Source: Lytechinus pictus (taxonomy: Eukaryota). From it: a stretch of DNA of 64,000 nt. The translations under genes and the position numbers were made by a program. Positions within the stretch are counted from its first letter, which is position 1. Each line of letters opens with the position of its first letter. The notes beneath the pieces were generated by a model that was not told where the DNA came from, made no database searches, and saw nothing but the letters and a program-made list of their open reading frames with translations. Location: NCBI RefSeq assembly GCF_037042905.1, contig NC_087250.1:8806001-8870000 (forward strand). Reading direction: 5' to 3'. Below are positions 40,601 to 55,600 of the stretch, one piece after another.

Positions 40601-43600
40601 CTAATTTATGATTATGACAGTAAAAATTTTCATTGAATTACAGTTTCCTTTTCTCTCGGATGCACTGTATTTCATTTTGAAGCTAAGGGTGTCCATTGTC
40701 AAGCTCAACAAAAATCTCAAATTTCATTTTTTATTTATTTATTTACCACTCGTGGGATGGAACACCCTAATCAGCAAATTATGTTTTTTGTAGGTGTCTT
40801 ATTGTTGATTTGGGGGAGGCATTGTAGAGCATTTTCCATGTATCTTTCGCTGTAAAAAAACAAGTTTTCATCACAAAACAACCAGGTTTTTATTGGAAAA
40901 ACATTATTGAATTCAGAGGCGGGAGAACGTCAGGCTCATACAATGAAAGTGGAGGGGCACCTATTGTTTGGCAGACAAAAGGTGACTTTCCACTTTCTTT
41001 GTCCGAGCCTGATGTTCAGCCGCCTCTGACTAAATTAGAATGATAGTAATTAAATGAATAATATAAAACAACCAAATTTTTTCAATTAAACCTTAGCAAA
41101 AATATACTCTCTGTTTTTTATTAACAGACAAATATAATAAACATGTAAGTAACTAGGTTGTTCCTGAACTTTCAACAATGAAGAAAAATATGGTACATGT
41201 AGTTATAAATCTCGGAATGTTAGGGATTTCTAACTAATGGTGATGATTTTGAAAGTTTATTTTAATTTTGAAATTAACAGATATTTCAAAATGAAAATAA
41301 ACTTTCAAAATCGGGCTTCTGTGTGAAGTAACACACGTGATCCACTTCTTTTGACCTCTGACCTTGAACCTACATATTGAAGACAGCAAAAAATATTCCA
41401 AAATGATACCTAACACATTTGTCATATAACTTTTGAATTACTATTAATATGTAACATTTTTAGATTGATAAAATTAAATAAAAGTCAAGATTTGTCATAA
41501 TTTTGGTCACACACATGACCAAGAATGGCCCAATATGCAGCTTGAAATAGGCAATTAAAAGGCTTTTAACCGTACAATTTTCCACAGTACTAGCCTTCAT
41601 GACAACAAGGAATCAAAAAAATCATCGAGGATTTCTCCTTTAAATATAAATGAAATGGAAACTATTAAGAGGAAGACAAGATGATACAAGGAAATTATGT
41701 ACACTTTTAATAGATTACACTTTCTATACTGTACACATATTACAAACTATTGACTGTATCCTAGTGTATATTACCATATATGTACTTTGCCTTTTGGCAA
41801 GGTTCAGTGAGGAAAAGAGGAAATGGTAACAACTATTCTCACATTGCAATGCAGGATATTTATAATATCCTTTTAGTTTCAGTGCCAGGCTTGTAGTACA
41901 TGACAGTAGTTTACGGGCAGTCTGTTAGAAATGGGAATAGATGGGGAGAGAGATAGATAGAGGGGGGGGGGGGGAGATAAAGAGGGGAGAAAGCAAAGGA
42001 TAGCCTCAATAAAAGGCACAATTTAAAGCTAATAGAAAGTGATTGACGCATACAATTATTTCATGAGAAAGCTTTTAAAATCAAGGTTAATTACCACTAT
42101 ATTTTCATAGACTACATTTAGATTAGGTACATTGAAATCAACTCAATTGTTGTGAAATCAATGAAATCCTAGCTGAAAACCGATAATTCTGATAACTAGC
42201 ACAAAAAAGGCATACCGGTATGTGGGACAGTATATTAATAATGCATGGAAAAAAACATGACCTTTCATGGAATTCTGTGCCTATTTTGCTAATTTCTCAG
42301 CAATTACACACTTTTTCCAGAGCCCATTGGCACATATTTGTTATTTATACATGCAAACACTTGTGAGAGGTAATTTTATTGGATTATTTTTGAACTCATT
42401 TTGAGATCATTACTTCAACTGATATAAAATATAGAAAATGTAATTAGGGTGTTGTGCAACTGTAGTCTGCAGGCACAGACCCTGATCAAAACTTTGATCA
42501 ACAAGTGTGTCTCCACGCAAAGACTAGCACATACAAAACTTGCTGTTTCAATTCCTGAGCGAGAGGGCCTTCAGTACACAAGGCATGAGTAGGCTGCACA
42601 TTCAGACCCTTAACTCGAGTGAAGGGTTTGCACAGCAGACTAGTGCAACTGTGAAACACATGTACATCATCATGATCGTTGCATTGCCAATGGGAGATGT
42701 CCACATAGTAATGTCAACATTCCAATGCTCATAACTTTTTTTTCACATTTATCAAACTTTCACTGAATTGTTTCTTTAATTTGTTTCCTGTTTTCACACA
42801 AGCTAGCTCATTATCAGGATTTAATTCTCATTTCAAAGGCATTGCAAATAAAAAACATATATACAGAAGAAAGGGGATAAGGATAAGAATATAAGCAAAT
42901 CAATCTGGGAAGTGTGTTTATCAAATGACTTAAAGACTGCATGACAAAAGAATGGATACCTGGCCAAAGAACTGGGCAATTATATGTAGAATTTAGAATG
43001 AATTCATACATATAGTGCATCAAAGCATTTAACTGCACATTACAACTCTATCAGTGAAAATACAAGTAATTGAAAACCTACTTGTAGCTTTCATAAAAAC
43101 GGTACTGTAAATATGTCCAGGAGAATCATTAATGACCCTTTTTGTTTGCTAAAATACTTTTTTTTCTACCCCCTTCAAGTATGGTAATTTGGCAGAAGTA
43201 AAAAGGGGGAAATTCAAGAGGCAGAACAAAATAGGACGTACATGTAGGTTTAGAAAAAATAATTTAGTTTAGAAACATCAGCTAATTCTTTCTGAGCAGT
43301 AATTTTGACCTTCAAAGGGCAAAATGATAGAATTTTTTCCCCATTTCCTTCTCTCATAATCAACAACCTACAGCTAAAAGACAAGATATTAAAAAGGAAC
43401 AACAGAAATATTTGAGCAAATAAGTAGATTTGGAAATGAATTTTGACCGCATAATTCGAAAATTATGGCAAAGATAATGAAAAGGTTAAGAGGAAGTCTG
43501 CTGATTAGCAAGAAGTCCGACCATCATATTTATCATTTTATGCCATTTTGGCGCAAGCTTCCTTTTTAACCCCAGACAAAAACATTCCGTGTTCGCTCAA

Positions 43601-46600
43601 GCATGAACGAAACTAAATTATTTTAATGGCGTTTGAAGGATAAGACTCCAGAGCACCTATTGACACCAAAATATACAGATCATAATTTGAAACAATTTTT
43701 TTTCAAATCTGTCCCGTTTTTTTTATACGCACTGTATATGAAACTAACCCTTGAAACTAGAGCTCAGATATTGACGCTAGAAATAATAAATGGAATCAAA
43801 CCGAATTGGAAAGTTGTTTAAAACTAGAGGAAAAGGAAAATCAGACATGTAGATACATGTGGGTGAAAGTTTGAATAATGAACTATAACAACATTAATAG
43901 TGTAGTAGATTTCACAGTACACGATGTATCTTCCGTGGGCAAGTGTTGGTCCCTGAAAAGGACCACCCAATCTCTTTTCGGTCAACACTTGCCCGGGAAA
44001 GATACATAGTGTACCGTGAAACCTACTACCCTATTCTCTTTCGCCATGGAAACCTTCAGAAGTTACAACAACATCAATCTTCAAAATTTTAAAAGAGTTG
44101 TAATTACTATACCCATGGGGTCATATCAATTGAAGGCATTTCATTGATTGGTGGGGATTTGTTACCTGATTGCTAAGAAAGCATGAATGCTTGTAAGCAA
44201 GCAACCAGAGGACCGACGGCTTAAGGTCCTCTCCGAAGGACCTGGTAATGAGGATTAATGCCTTACCAAAGGGCACTAGCGCACCAAGTGGGAATCGAAC
44301 CCGGGTCACCGGAATACGAATCCCCGCTCTACCGACTGAGCTATCGCGCCTCCCTAGACGATGTATAAAACAAACAATCCGAGGTTTCCGATCAAAATTT
44401 GTTATAAGCTACAGAAATCCTTGCATGCGATTGGCTCAAGAGCAAAATTTGAATTCTGGGACACCTACCCGGATGATCTGCCAGACGAGGCCCAGGACCA
44501 GATGCTTGGTCTTGTTCTGTATGTCCATGGGGTCGATGTTGATGACGCTGCAGCCGATGGCCTTGGCCGAATTCAGAGCCAGGGTCAGGTTCTCAAGCTG
44601 GGTGAACTTGTTCAGCTTGGTCGTCGTGATGACCCTTTCGTCGATGGTGTTTGCAACCGAACTGTTGATCATTTTGCTATTAAAAAAGAAAAGAGAAGGA
44701 TTTGATAGATTTAAAGCGAAGTCTTCGTAGTCTACAGTAAAGCCACATAACTAATTTCCAATTTGCTTTCTAATCACTTTGCACTTTTTTTATGAGAGAA
44801 TTGGATTCTATAGACAGTTTACCTAAACATAGGAACAGGAGGTGTCAGTCTTTTAAGCATTGTTAGCCCATTTGGATATTAGACAAAATGGGTATAGCCT
44901 GTCTGTAAATTTGCCAAATGAATGATCAGGACCCAGTCTTACAGAGTTGTGATTGATCCGATCAATCACAACTATGAAAAGGAAGCAAAATAAAGATCGA
45001 ATATTACATGTTTGTTCAAAGTATTTTCTAGAAATGATGAACATTCATACATTCACTGTTTTCTTAACAATTCTGTTTGCTTCTCTTTGTTTTTATAGGA
45101 CATTGAGCATATTTCCTAACGAAAAATTATCACATTGATGGATTTCCATATACTTGAGGTTGATCGGATCAATCGAAACTCTTTGTAAGACGGGCCCTGA
45201 TCTACATGGCCTTTACATTGCAGAAGACAAATAAACTAGGTGTAGATTACATGTAGAATAAAGTGGTGTTAGACTATAAAAGCGGTGATAGACCAACTGG
45301 CGAGCAACTGCTTGTGCTTGAAGCAATTGCTTGCAAGCAATCGCTACATTTTTATGCATCTGACCCATTGTAATAGCAGCATGCTATGCATTCCACGTAG
45401 ACATTGATCAATGTGTTATTCTAGTCACCTGGGGCCCGTAACACAAAGCTTAGCAATGATTGTAGAACATTTATCTACGATTGACTACAACGTACGATCA
45501 ATCGTAGAAATCAAGTGTACGATTGATTGCTAACCTTTGTTTTACAGAACTCTGCTGGTCTATGCAATTTCTGCATCCTGCTATATCAGAAACACTTATG
45601 CAAAGCATTGCTTTGAAATTTGAAAGAAAGGAAAGGTTATTTGAACAACTTGCCCATGAGGTATTTACAAACTGGCTTTTAAATATTTTACCCAAGTGAG
45701 TAGTCAGGGCGGGCTAAAAAATATTTTCGTTTTATCTTCGGGGGCTATTCTTCACAACTCACTGCCTAAATCTGCAGCATTGGATAAGCTTTAACATTGC
45801 AATGAATGGGGCTTTCCAGGGCTCCTTTTTTATAGTTTCCAGTTTTCTTTTGAGCATTTCAAGGGCAAAATCGCCCCCAGCCCCAGTCTAATTTTTCCCC
45901 TCGTCAGGGTCACTTACCATAGCAATATGCCGTCCACCACAGCTTCAAAGAGCCCACCGTCCACACTTATCGGCAATTTGGAAGCAAGGGCGGGATCCTT
46001 CCTAAAGTTCAGACCCTCATTGATGTATCCTTTAAACAAGAAATGGAAGAAAAAAATGGAGTTCGGTGGCTTTGTGGTCTAGTGGTTACGACTCCAAGGG
46101 TTTGAATCCCAGACATGACGTGTTTTCCTTCAGCTAGAAATTTACCCACATTATTATTATTAGAAAAGGATACATTGCATCGGGGCTCCAGACTTAAATC
46201 AACAATCAATATTCTTTCTGATTTAACGACTGACGATATTTTGGGGGCGTCGAATGTCATATCTACATGTATTTGTGAATGGAAAAAAATCCACATATCT
46301 GCCCTTATCCCTCCCTCCCCTTCCCCCCCCCCCAACTCTACTCTTTCTATATACATTAAATACAAAATACACTAGGCAGAGTCAGTCACTAGACATAGAT
46401 GACAGTAAAGTTTAATTATATAAAAGAATGGAACAAAAAGAAAAGCAAAAACAAAAGATGAGAAAAATGAAAAAAAAGGAAAAGGAAAGAAAGGAAAAGA
46501 AAAAGAATAGATAAGAAAGAAAAAATACAGAAACAAAAAGAAAAGAAAAATAAGAAAGAAAAAAACTAAGAAAAGAAAAGAAGAGTATTAAAAGAAAACA

Positions 46601-49600
46601 AAATAAATATTATAAGATACCAGTTATCCAAAAAACAGGAAAAGAGAATAAAAAATAAAAGAAAATATAAAAGATAAAATAAATGAAAAAAAAAACAGCC
46701 TTCGACGTGATAAAAGATCCCGGGGAGGGGAGCACTTACATTGACGAGTGGATACCATGCGCGACCCCAAAAACATGTAAAATTATGTCTTTTTCAAGAT
46801 AGGGCATGTTACGTACGTAACATAATAAGGGTGTCAAAAACACTAAACAAATTTTGAAAAGGTATCTATTTTGCTAGGATGCTATGTGTTAAGGGTAAAA
46901 TTTGCGAGGGTATACATGTAAAAAAGACTAAAATGTTTTATAAAGGATGTCCTTTTTGCCCCAACTACGTGTTTAGAGTCCGATTTGCGCGAGGTGTGGA
47001 AGGTGGGCTGTACTAAACCCAATTATGAATAAAGGTGAAGCTGACGACCGACCGGCCCGCGACATAACAATTAAAATATCGCTGTACTTGTTTAGTGGTT
47101 CAATTCAGGGAATACTTGCAAAGGGTATAGTTTTGTTTCAAATACTTGTGAAGGGTAGGGTTTCACACGCCATACTTGTTAAGGGTTGCATTTTCAGAAT
47201 ATGGAAAATTCTTGTTTAGGGTGCTTTTCGAGACCCCATGGTCGCGCATGGTATCCACTCGTCAATGGAAGTGCCCCCCCCCCCCCCCCCCGGTAAAAGA
47301 TACATAATTTTCATCGTACTTGTGAAAGCTGCTGTCTCCTCCTTTGAAAAGGAATGAGTTGTTCCGGCAGCGCTTACTTCTGATGTTCCCTTCTCTGCCT
47401 GGATGCCTACCCTGGCTTTCACTTGAGTGAGGAACCTTGATGACACCTTGTTTTTCTTGATGTCATCGTATAGCTGTTAATAAAGATATGAGATTGAGTG
47501 AATTGAAATATTAGTAATTCACATCTTCAAACTTGTGAAAAAGAATTTTCCAGCTCTGGCTGTTTTTTCGGTGAAACTACATTTGCTCCTGGTTCAGAAA
47601 TTACACTTGTTCATGTACATGTACATGTAGTAGTGTCAAAATTGCTCAAAAATATGATTCCATGTACATGTACAAATCCAATGCAAATTTTATTTCTAGT
47701 CTACATGTACAGTACATGTACATTCCTGTATCATTGTCTTTCCTTTTACTGATTAGAATCAATTGTTAAATTCCATGTTGTTTATAAAGGACAAGTCCAC
47801 CCCAAAAAAAAATTGATGTGAATAAAAAGAGAAAAATCCAACAACCATAACACTGAAAATTTCATCAAAATCTGATGTAAAATAAGAAAGTTATGACATT
47901 TTAAAGTTTCGCTTAATTTCACAAAACAGTTATATGCACATCCTGGCTGGTATGCAAATGAGGAGACTATGACGTCATCCACTCACTATTTCTTTTGTAT
48001 TTTTTTATATGAAATATGAAATATTCTAATTTTCTTCTCATTGTCAAAAATTTCAAGTGATACAACGATTAATTCCTCCCTGAACATGTGGAATGAGCAT
48101 TGTTTAATACTATATGGTTCTGTCAAGTTGGTCCTTATTGTCAAATCTATAAAAAATGAAATATTATTATTAAAATTATTATGAAATTAAAACAATAAAA
48201 AACCAAAGAAATAGTGAGTGATGGACATCATCGACTGACACACCTAGTTGTGCATATCACTGTTTTGTGAAAAATAAGCGAAACATTAAAATGTCATAAC
48301 TTTCTTGTTTTACATCCGATTTTGATGAAATTTTCAGCACTATGCTAGTTTGATTTTTGTCTATTTATTCAAGTCAGCATATTCCTGGGGTGGACTTGAC
48401 CTTTAATGAACATAAAAACAAAAATGTACATGTAGTAAGTACTATATAAAAGAAATAGATAAATAAAAACGAATATATAAAATATGTATAAAGAAAACAT
48501 GAATTTTTACTGATTATTTTTTTTATGTGCATTTGATCAGATTCCCACAGTCTCTATCAAAAAAAAAAATTGCACTTCATGGTCTTCAAATTGTAGATTT
48601 ACAGTCAAATTTTAATTTCATGCATAAATTTGCACTATTAATTCAAAATATATACATGCATGAATAATTTATAATGAACAATCCAAAAATAGGAGTTTGC
48701 AGATTGAGTCATGGGCGATGGGCTTGTCGATTTCTACGGTAATTGTACAAAACGGCTGGGGTCATTAAAGGAGAATGAAACCTTTGGAACAAGATACATG
48801 TAGCTTGTGTGAAAACAGAAAAAATCAAAAGAAGCAGATCAACAAAAGTTTGAGAAAAATCAGATTAAAAAAAAGATAAAGTTATGAGCATTTGAATATT
48901 GCGATTACGAATCCTATAGAGATCCTCACATTGGCAATGCGAAAAAGATGTGTGATGTCACTTGTGAACAACTCTCCCCATTAGCTTTAAAGTACAATGT
49001 ATATATTTCACTCAAACTGCCTCTTTTATCACATCCAACTGTATCAGTAGATCACATGTTCTTTCTACAGGAGGGCATGTAATACAATTTTTTTTTAAAT
49101 ACACAATGGATAAAGAATTTTATCACCACACAAAAAGCAAAAAGAGACATTTTGAGGGTATTTTAAAGGGAAAGTTGTTCACATATACATCACACATCTA
49201 TGTTGCATTGCCAATGGGAGGATCTCCATGGCATTTAATAGTGATTTCAATATTCAAATGCTCATAACTTTCTCATTATTTGTCCGATTTTTCTCAAACT
49301 TTCTTTGTTCTTATTCTTTGATTTTTCTGTTTTGACACTAGCCTACTTGTTCCAACAGTTTCATTCCCCTTTAAGGGGCGTGCCAGTCTATCCAGCGTCC
49401 AAAGGTACAGTACATGTACCCCCCCCCAAAAAAAAAGGAATGAATGTCATACCTTCATAAACTCATTAAAAGTGAGGCGCCCATTATTGTCGGTGTCATA
49501 CTCTCTGATGAAGTCCCGGCATTTGTAGGCAGGAACGCTCTCACCCTTGGCCTGGAGGATCTCCTGGATTTCTTTGTCCGTCAGAAAGCCGTCCTTGTTC

Positions 49601-52600
49601 AAGTCCATCTGAAAACAATGATTGAATTGAATTGATTTCAGCATATTTACTTTTGTTTATTAATCATCATTATTATCATTATCATCATTAATATTACTAT
49701 TGTTATTCATTCCGCATTCCATTAAAAACAAGTGCTAGAGAATATTGACAATAATAAATTACTGTAGAATATGACAGATTTTTTTTTTTAAGTGCTAGCA
49801 TCGCAATTAGCCGGCTAAGCCTGCTTTTTAGCAGGGCCGGATATTACCGTAGTATTTACATGTACGGTGCTAGATCACTTTGGTCAAACGTAGTGTAAAA
49901 CCGAAGTGGGCTTAACCCCAGGAAATAGGTGGGGCTATGGGGGGGTTAAGGAAAATTTGTGCAGTGTGAAAAGCATACCATGAGCAGAATGACTGCACAG
50001 GAGGCCCCTAGAATTATGTTGTGTGTGTGTGTGTACTGTTTGTTTGTTTGTATGGTTTTTTTTTTGGGGGGGGGGCAATAAAAGACAGCAAAAGTCTTTT
50101 TTTATGTTTTTTATTTATTTTGGGGGACCAGTAAATGTTAGGTTCAGATGAGTACAAAATGGAAAATCTGGGTATCTACTGGTCCAACATGAACAGGTTG
50201 GACCAGTAGAAAAAAAGTTAGAGTGGAGCCTTGTAAAACACTCAATAACTGAGTCTGAAATATAGACTAAAAACTGAATGGTTTTGTTTACCATCCAAGG
50301 ATAGGGCTCAATGATTATTTACATTTACTTCCTGGTGTAATGATATACAGTAGGAATAAGGGTGATCAAATTCCACAATTGCCCAGTTGGGTACTTTAAT
50401 AAACCGCTGGCAATGCACAAACCACTCCCTGTGACAGTGATACAGCACGAAAATGAACGGATCTACACAGTATGGTCTGAGGTTTAATACTACGTATGAA
50501 TTCTTATACTTTTTCTTTTCATTATGTTCCTATTTTTTTCTTCTGATTACTCATCTATTTCATCTATTTTTTTCTCTCTCCCTAACCACTACTCCATCCT
50601 CCTCTTCTTCTTCTGCTTTTCCTTCTTCTCCTCCTTTTTCTTCTTTTTCTCCTCCTTCTCCTCTTTCTTCTTGAATCATCTCATTCTTCTTCTCCTTCCT
50701 CCTCCTCCTCCTCCTTCGTCTTCTTCTTTTTCTTCTTCTTCTTATTCTTCTAGTTCTTCTTCTAGTTCTTCTTCTTCTTCTTCTCCTCCTCCTTCTCCTT
50801 CTTCACCTTTTCTCCTTCTCATTCTTCTTTTTCATTACATGTACATACATGTATCATATGTTTTTGTGAGGCAATGATGCAAATAATGGTTTGTTTCACT
50901 AAATTGTGTACAGGGCCTACAAGCTCCATTTGAAATAGTTTGTTTTCTTTATTTTTCACCATTTTATTTCCTTGTTTTTAATATGGCATGTACCTTTTTT
51001 TTAAATTGGCATGGACGCCCAGTGGACAGACTACTACAAGCCTTTCAAGAGATGACTTATTTTGGATTTTAAACCATCTTTCCAAGCCCTATGCTATGTA
51101 CGCCTACATGATGTACATTTAATACATGTTCTTGTAAATGTTGAAATGTCAAATAATCTAGGGGCCAACCCCACATGTTTGTTTTACAAAGCAAATACAG
51201 AATCGGATTCTCTAGTCTCTAGATCTCATGCCAAAAAACTGTTCCTTTTGAGTCTTTGCAATAATACATTTTACTTCCCTAAAATAAATAAAGCCAAATT
51301 GCAGCATCGTTTGTACATGTACATGTGTGATGTACATGTACATACATGTAAATGTTCATGTAGGTCTTCGTATGACTGAAGATTTACAACAAACCATTGT
51401 TTTATCAAAGTAAACAGTGTATGATTTCTATTTCAAGCGAACTACTTTTACCAACCAAAGAGTGAACTGAACTGCCAGGGAGCTGGTAGAACTACACGTA
51501 TTTCAAAATTTGATAGGCCTTTAATACAGCGTAGAGTTCAATATGATTAATAGCATATTGTAATAGGGTTTTTGGTTCCGAATGATGTGTACACATGTAT
51601 GGAAAAGGGGTTACATGTAGGTTTGGAGCGTGGGTTTATGTTTGACTTTTTCGAGTGGCTTTTCCATATTAAAGGACAATTCCAACCCAACAAAAAGTGG
51701 ATTTGAATAAAAAGAGAAAAATTCAACAAATATACATGTAATTCACTGAAAATTTCATCAAAATCAGATGTAAAATAATAAAGTTTTGACATTTTAAAGT
51801 TTTGCTTAATTTCACAAAACAGTTATATGCACATCCTGTTGGGTATGCAAATGAGGGGACTGATGACGTCATCCACTCACTATTTCTTTTGTATCTTATT
51901 ATATAGAATAGGGAATATCCTATTTTTCTCCTCCTTGTCAAGTGAAACAACGATTAATTCCTCCCTGAACATGTGGAATGAACATTGTTTAATACTATAT
52001 GATTCAGTCAAGTTGGTCCTTATTGTCAAATCTATAAAAAAAATGAAATATTGTATAGTTGAAACTATAAAACACAAAAGAAATAGTGAGTGAGGGACAT
52101 CATCGACTGTCTCATTTGAGTTGTCTTTATCACTGTTTTGTGAAAAATACGCAAAACTTTAAAATGTCATAACTTTCTTATTTTACATCCGATTTTGATG
52201 AAATTTTCAGCATTTTGCTAGTTTGATTTTTGTCTATTTATTCACATCACCATTTTTTTGGGGTGGACTTAACCTTTAAAAAGCAATTGTTATCACAGGA
52301 AAGTCGGTCATGGAGCCGACCCAAGAACCACTTTATAGATTAACGTTTGAATCAGGGTCTGTGCCTGCAGACTAGCATCATACTTTACCATGATGCAGGC
52401 AAAAACAATATTTTATTTTATTTTTATAGGGTGCTATTAATACAAGTATATGCTTCATGTGTACCTTTTAAACTTTAACATTGTAGTGAATGGGAATTTC
52501 AGGGTTTTTTTTTAATTATCCAGGGCTCTTTTGGGCATTTCGGGAGGGAAATGTTTTCCCTGTTGTGATCCCGGGGGGGGGGGGGGGGGGGGGGGGGACC

Positions 52601-55600
52601 GGTCAAATATATCGCTGTACACACGCGTGACCAAGGAATTTCCAAACACCCCCTAAACGAGTTTTTCTCTGTGTGCAGAATACCCCCCTAAACAAGTTTT
52701 TCTCTGGCTTTATTTACACATTTTGGCCCCTAAACAAGTTGTTGCCAAAATATGACCACGGGGGAAAAAGCTAGGGGAAAAAACCATAGTATACCCTAAA
52801 CACGTTTGGCTAGTCTTAAAAAAAAAAGCTTTGGGAAAAAAAAACATACCCTAAATACGTTTGACCCCGCGATTGACCATTGACCAGTCTTTCAAAACCA
52901 CCCTTTTTCTTGAAAATCAGTGTTTTTGATACCCTTAACGAGTCCACGCGCGGACCGCGTCCAAAACTGAAAAAAACACCCCTTTAAATGCGTTTATTGG
53001 TCACGCTTGCGTACAGCAATATATTTGACTGCCCCCCCCCCCCCCGGGTTGTGATGTCACTAGGCATACATACATGTATATTCAGACCAACTCGATGTTC
53101 AAGATTTTGAGGAACATTTGATAAAATCTGATACTCTGATCTACAGTGTATACTTTTACATGTCCCCCCCCCCCCCCCCCCGTTCAGAAAAAAAACCAGG
53201 TATTTTTGTCAGTGTATTGAATTTAAGCAAATAATGTACAATGTACATTCCCCAAAGAAAGTACATGTATATGTACATAATGTACAGGTCCAAATTGTCA
53301 AAATCACAGAACTTCCCCATTATCCGGGGGGAGTATCCTCGCAGTTTTGTGTTGTGCAAACTGGTATTAAAATCTACTTTAAGGCGTCTGAATGCACACT
53401 GCACAGGCTACGTTGACTTGCGTAAGTACTACAGGCCCTCCGGAAATTGAAACGGCAAGTTTCATACATCTACAGAACATGTATGCGAGTGTCTTCTGTG
53501 AAGACTCACTTGTTGATCAAAGTTTCAATCAGGGTCTGGGCCTGCAGACCAGTTTGAAAGCATTACAAACATGTGCAAGAACTTTTCTTTGGACCTGTGA
53601 GAACATGGCCCTGTCTTACAAAGAGTTTGATTGATCTGATCAACCTCAAGTGTCTGGAAATGGTAAATTGCCAACTCTCCACTCGTCACAAAATGCCATT
53701 CCATCCATCAACATTTCGTCTAACAACCATCTGGGGCCTGTTGCATAAAACCTTTTACCTGAGAAAACTCTGGTAAAAACTGAAAACTATAAAGGTTAGT
53801 CTGATTTCTGCCATTGACTTTAACACAGGGCAAAAACTCAACGGTAAAAAACAACCTGAGTTTTCTCAGGTAAAAAGTTTTATGCAACGGGCAGCTGGTC
53901 CAATCATCACTTCGTCTCATTACCTTTCGTCTATGACCATTTCGTCTCATAACCAGTTGGTCTAATATCCATTTCATTTTCATTCATTATGCACAAAACA
54001 CTTTAATAATAGTCCAAATAGACCAAATGGTATGGCTATTTTACCAACTGGTTATGAGACAGCATGGCATTAGACTATAAATGAAAGTACATTATACATG
54101 TAGACAGGGTGCTACATAACTTTTTAGAAGCACTTGCCCAGTTGGGCAAGTAAATTTTTGAATAGTTGTAATATACTTGCCCGAAAATCTATTTCACTTG
54201 TCCGAAAAAAAATCTTGAAAAAAAGTTTTACCTCTTAAAAAGAAAGTATATATGTATTGTGGTTTTATAAACCATTGACCTTTTTCTCTCTTTTGACGTG
54301 AACTGATCTACCTTGTTATTGCATTTCTTTTTCCAAAGTGATTTTATCTTGCCTGCGATGACCAAAATTAGGGCTAATATCATATCATATCAACCCTAAT
54401 TTTTCTCATTTAACTTTGAGAATTTTGCTTGCCCAATTTCGGCAAGTAGTTTTGGTCTTTACTTCAAAACACTTGCCCGACTGTAACTTTTACTTGCCCC
54501 GGGCAATCGGGCAAGTGCTTATGTAGCACCCTGCATGTAGACCATGTGGAAATTCTCAAAAACTACATAACAGTTACAGGTACTTTGGTGATCAAGCCAA
54601 TTTGAAACTTTCAAATTAACTTGAAAACAACTCCTGTGTCTCAATCCAGTTTGGCCTAGTACAAATCTGCATGCATCTATAAATGTCAGTGTCTGTCTCA
54701 TCCCTGAAGGCTATTCCATGGCCATGACTCATGCGTCAAGACATTAGCCGTTTATAGGTCAGTCTCTGATTCACAAAATCAAAGGGGCCGTTTCATGAAG
54801 CTCTTTGTCAAGTGACACACAACTTTCGTTTGGCATATGACTGAAGACTAGTCTGTAAGCACAGACCCACGCTTGCCACTAATAACCAATTATACCATGT
54901 CTAGAGTGAAAAATAGACACCAAATTCTCTGTCTGTATTTTTGTCATTTTAACCAATAAGCATGTCTAGAGCAAAGACTCGACGCCAAACTCAAATTTGT
55001 CATTTTAACCAATTACAACATGTCTAGAGTGTAGACTACAGGTACATGTACAAATGTGCAATTTATACATTTTATAGCTCTCTGTGACAGGCAGCCACAG
55101 CACTTATAGTGAATCTGGTCTCACTACTTCAGACTCTGAATTATGCACTATGCAAATTCCAAAAAACTAAAAGACCTGCCCCCCCCCCCCCGTTTCATAA
55201 AGAGTTATAACTGTTGTAACTTTGCCATTATGGCAACTACCATGGCAACATGGCTCAGCAGCCAATCAAAATCAAGGTTGCCATGGTAGTTGCCATAATG
55301 GCAAAGCTACAACAATTGCAACTCTTTATGAAACGATCCCCTGTTCTTGTGCACTTCGAATTATTAGCTTGCCCATATTTTTTCCAGATGGGATTTTTTT
55401 TTTGTGGGGGCTACATGTAGATAGTAAACAGTGGTTCGTGAATTTCAAGGTAAAATTTCCCTTGGAGGAAGAGGACAAGGAGGTCTTTGAAATTGAAAGA
55501 CTGAGGAGTACAGTATTCAAAGACCAGATGCTCTGCCTGAATGCAAACAAAGAAACAAAGAGTGAAAGGAAAATGAGATCTCCAGAAAATGGAGGGTTCT

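Noticed and set aside
43900..44035. Hammerhead ribozyme inside a hairpin repeat
   Set aside because: The inverted repeat is real, but ctgaaaa does not fit the CUGANGA core and no correctly placed GAAA is present.
44275..44353. tRNA gene
   Set aside because: A and B boxes are present, but the anticodon arm and acceptor stem are incomplete and the sequence continues into a SINE-like body.
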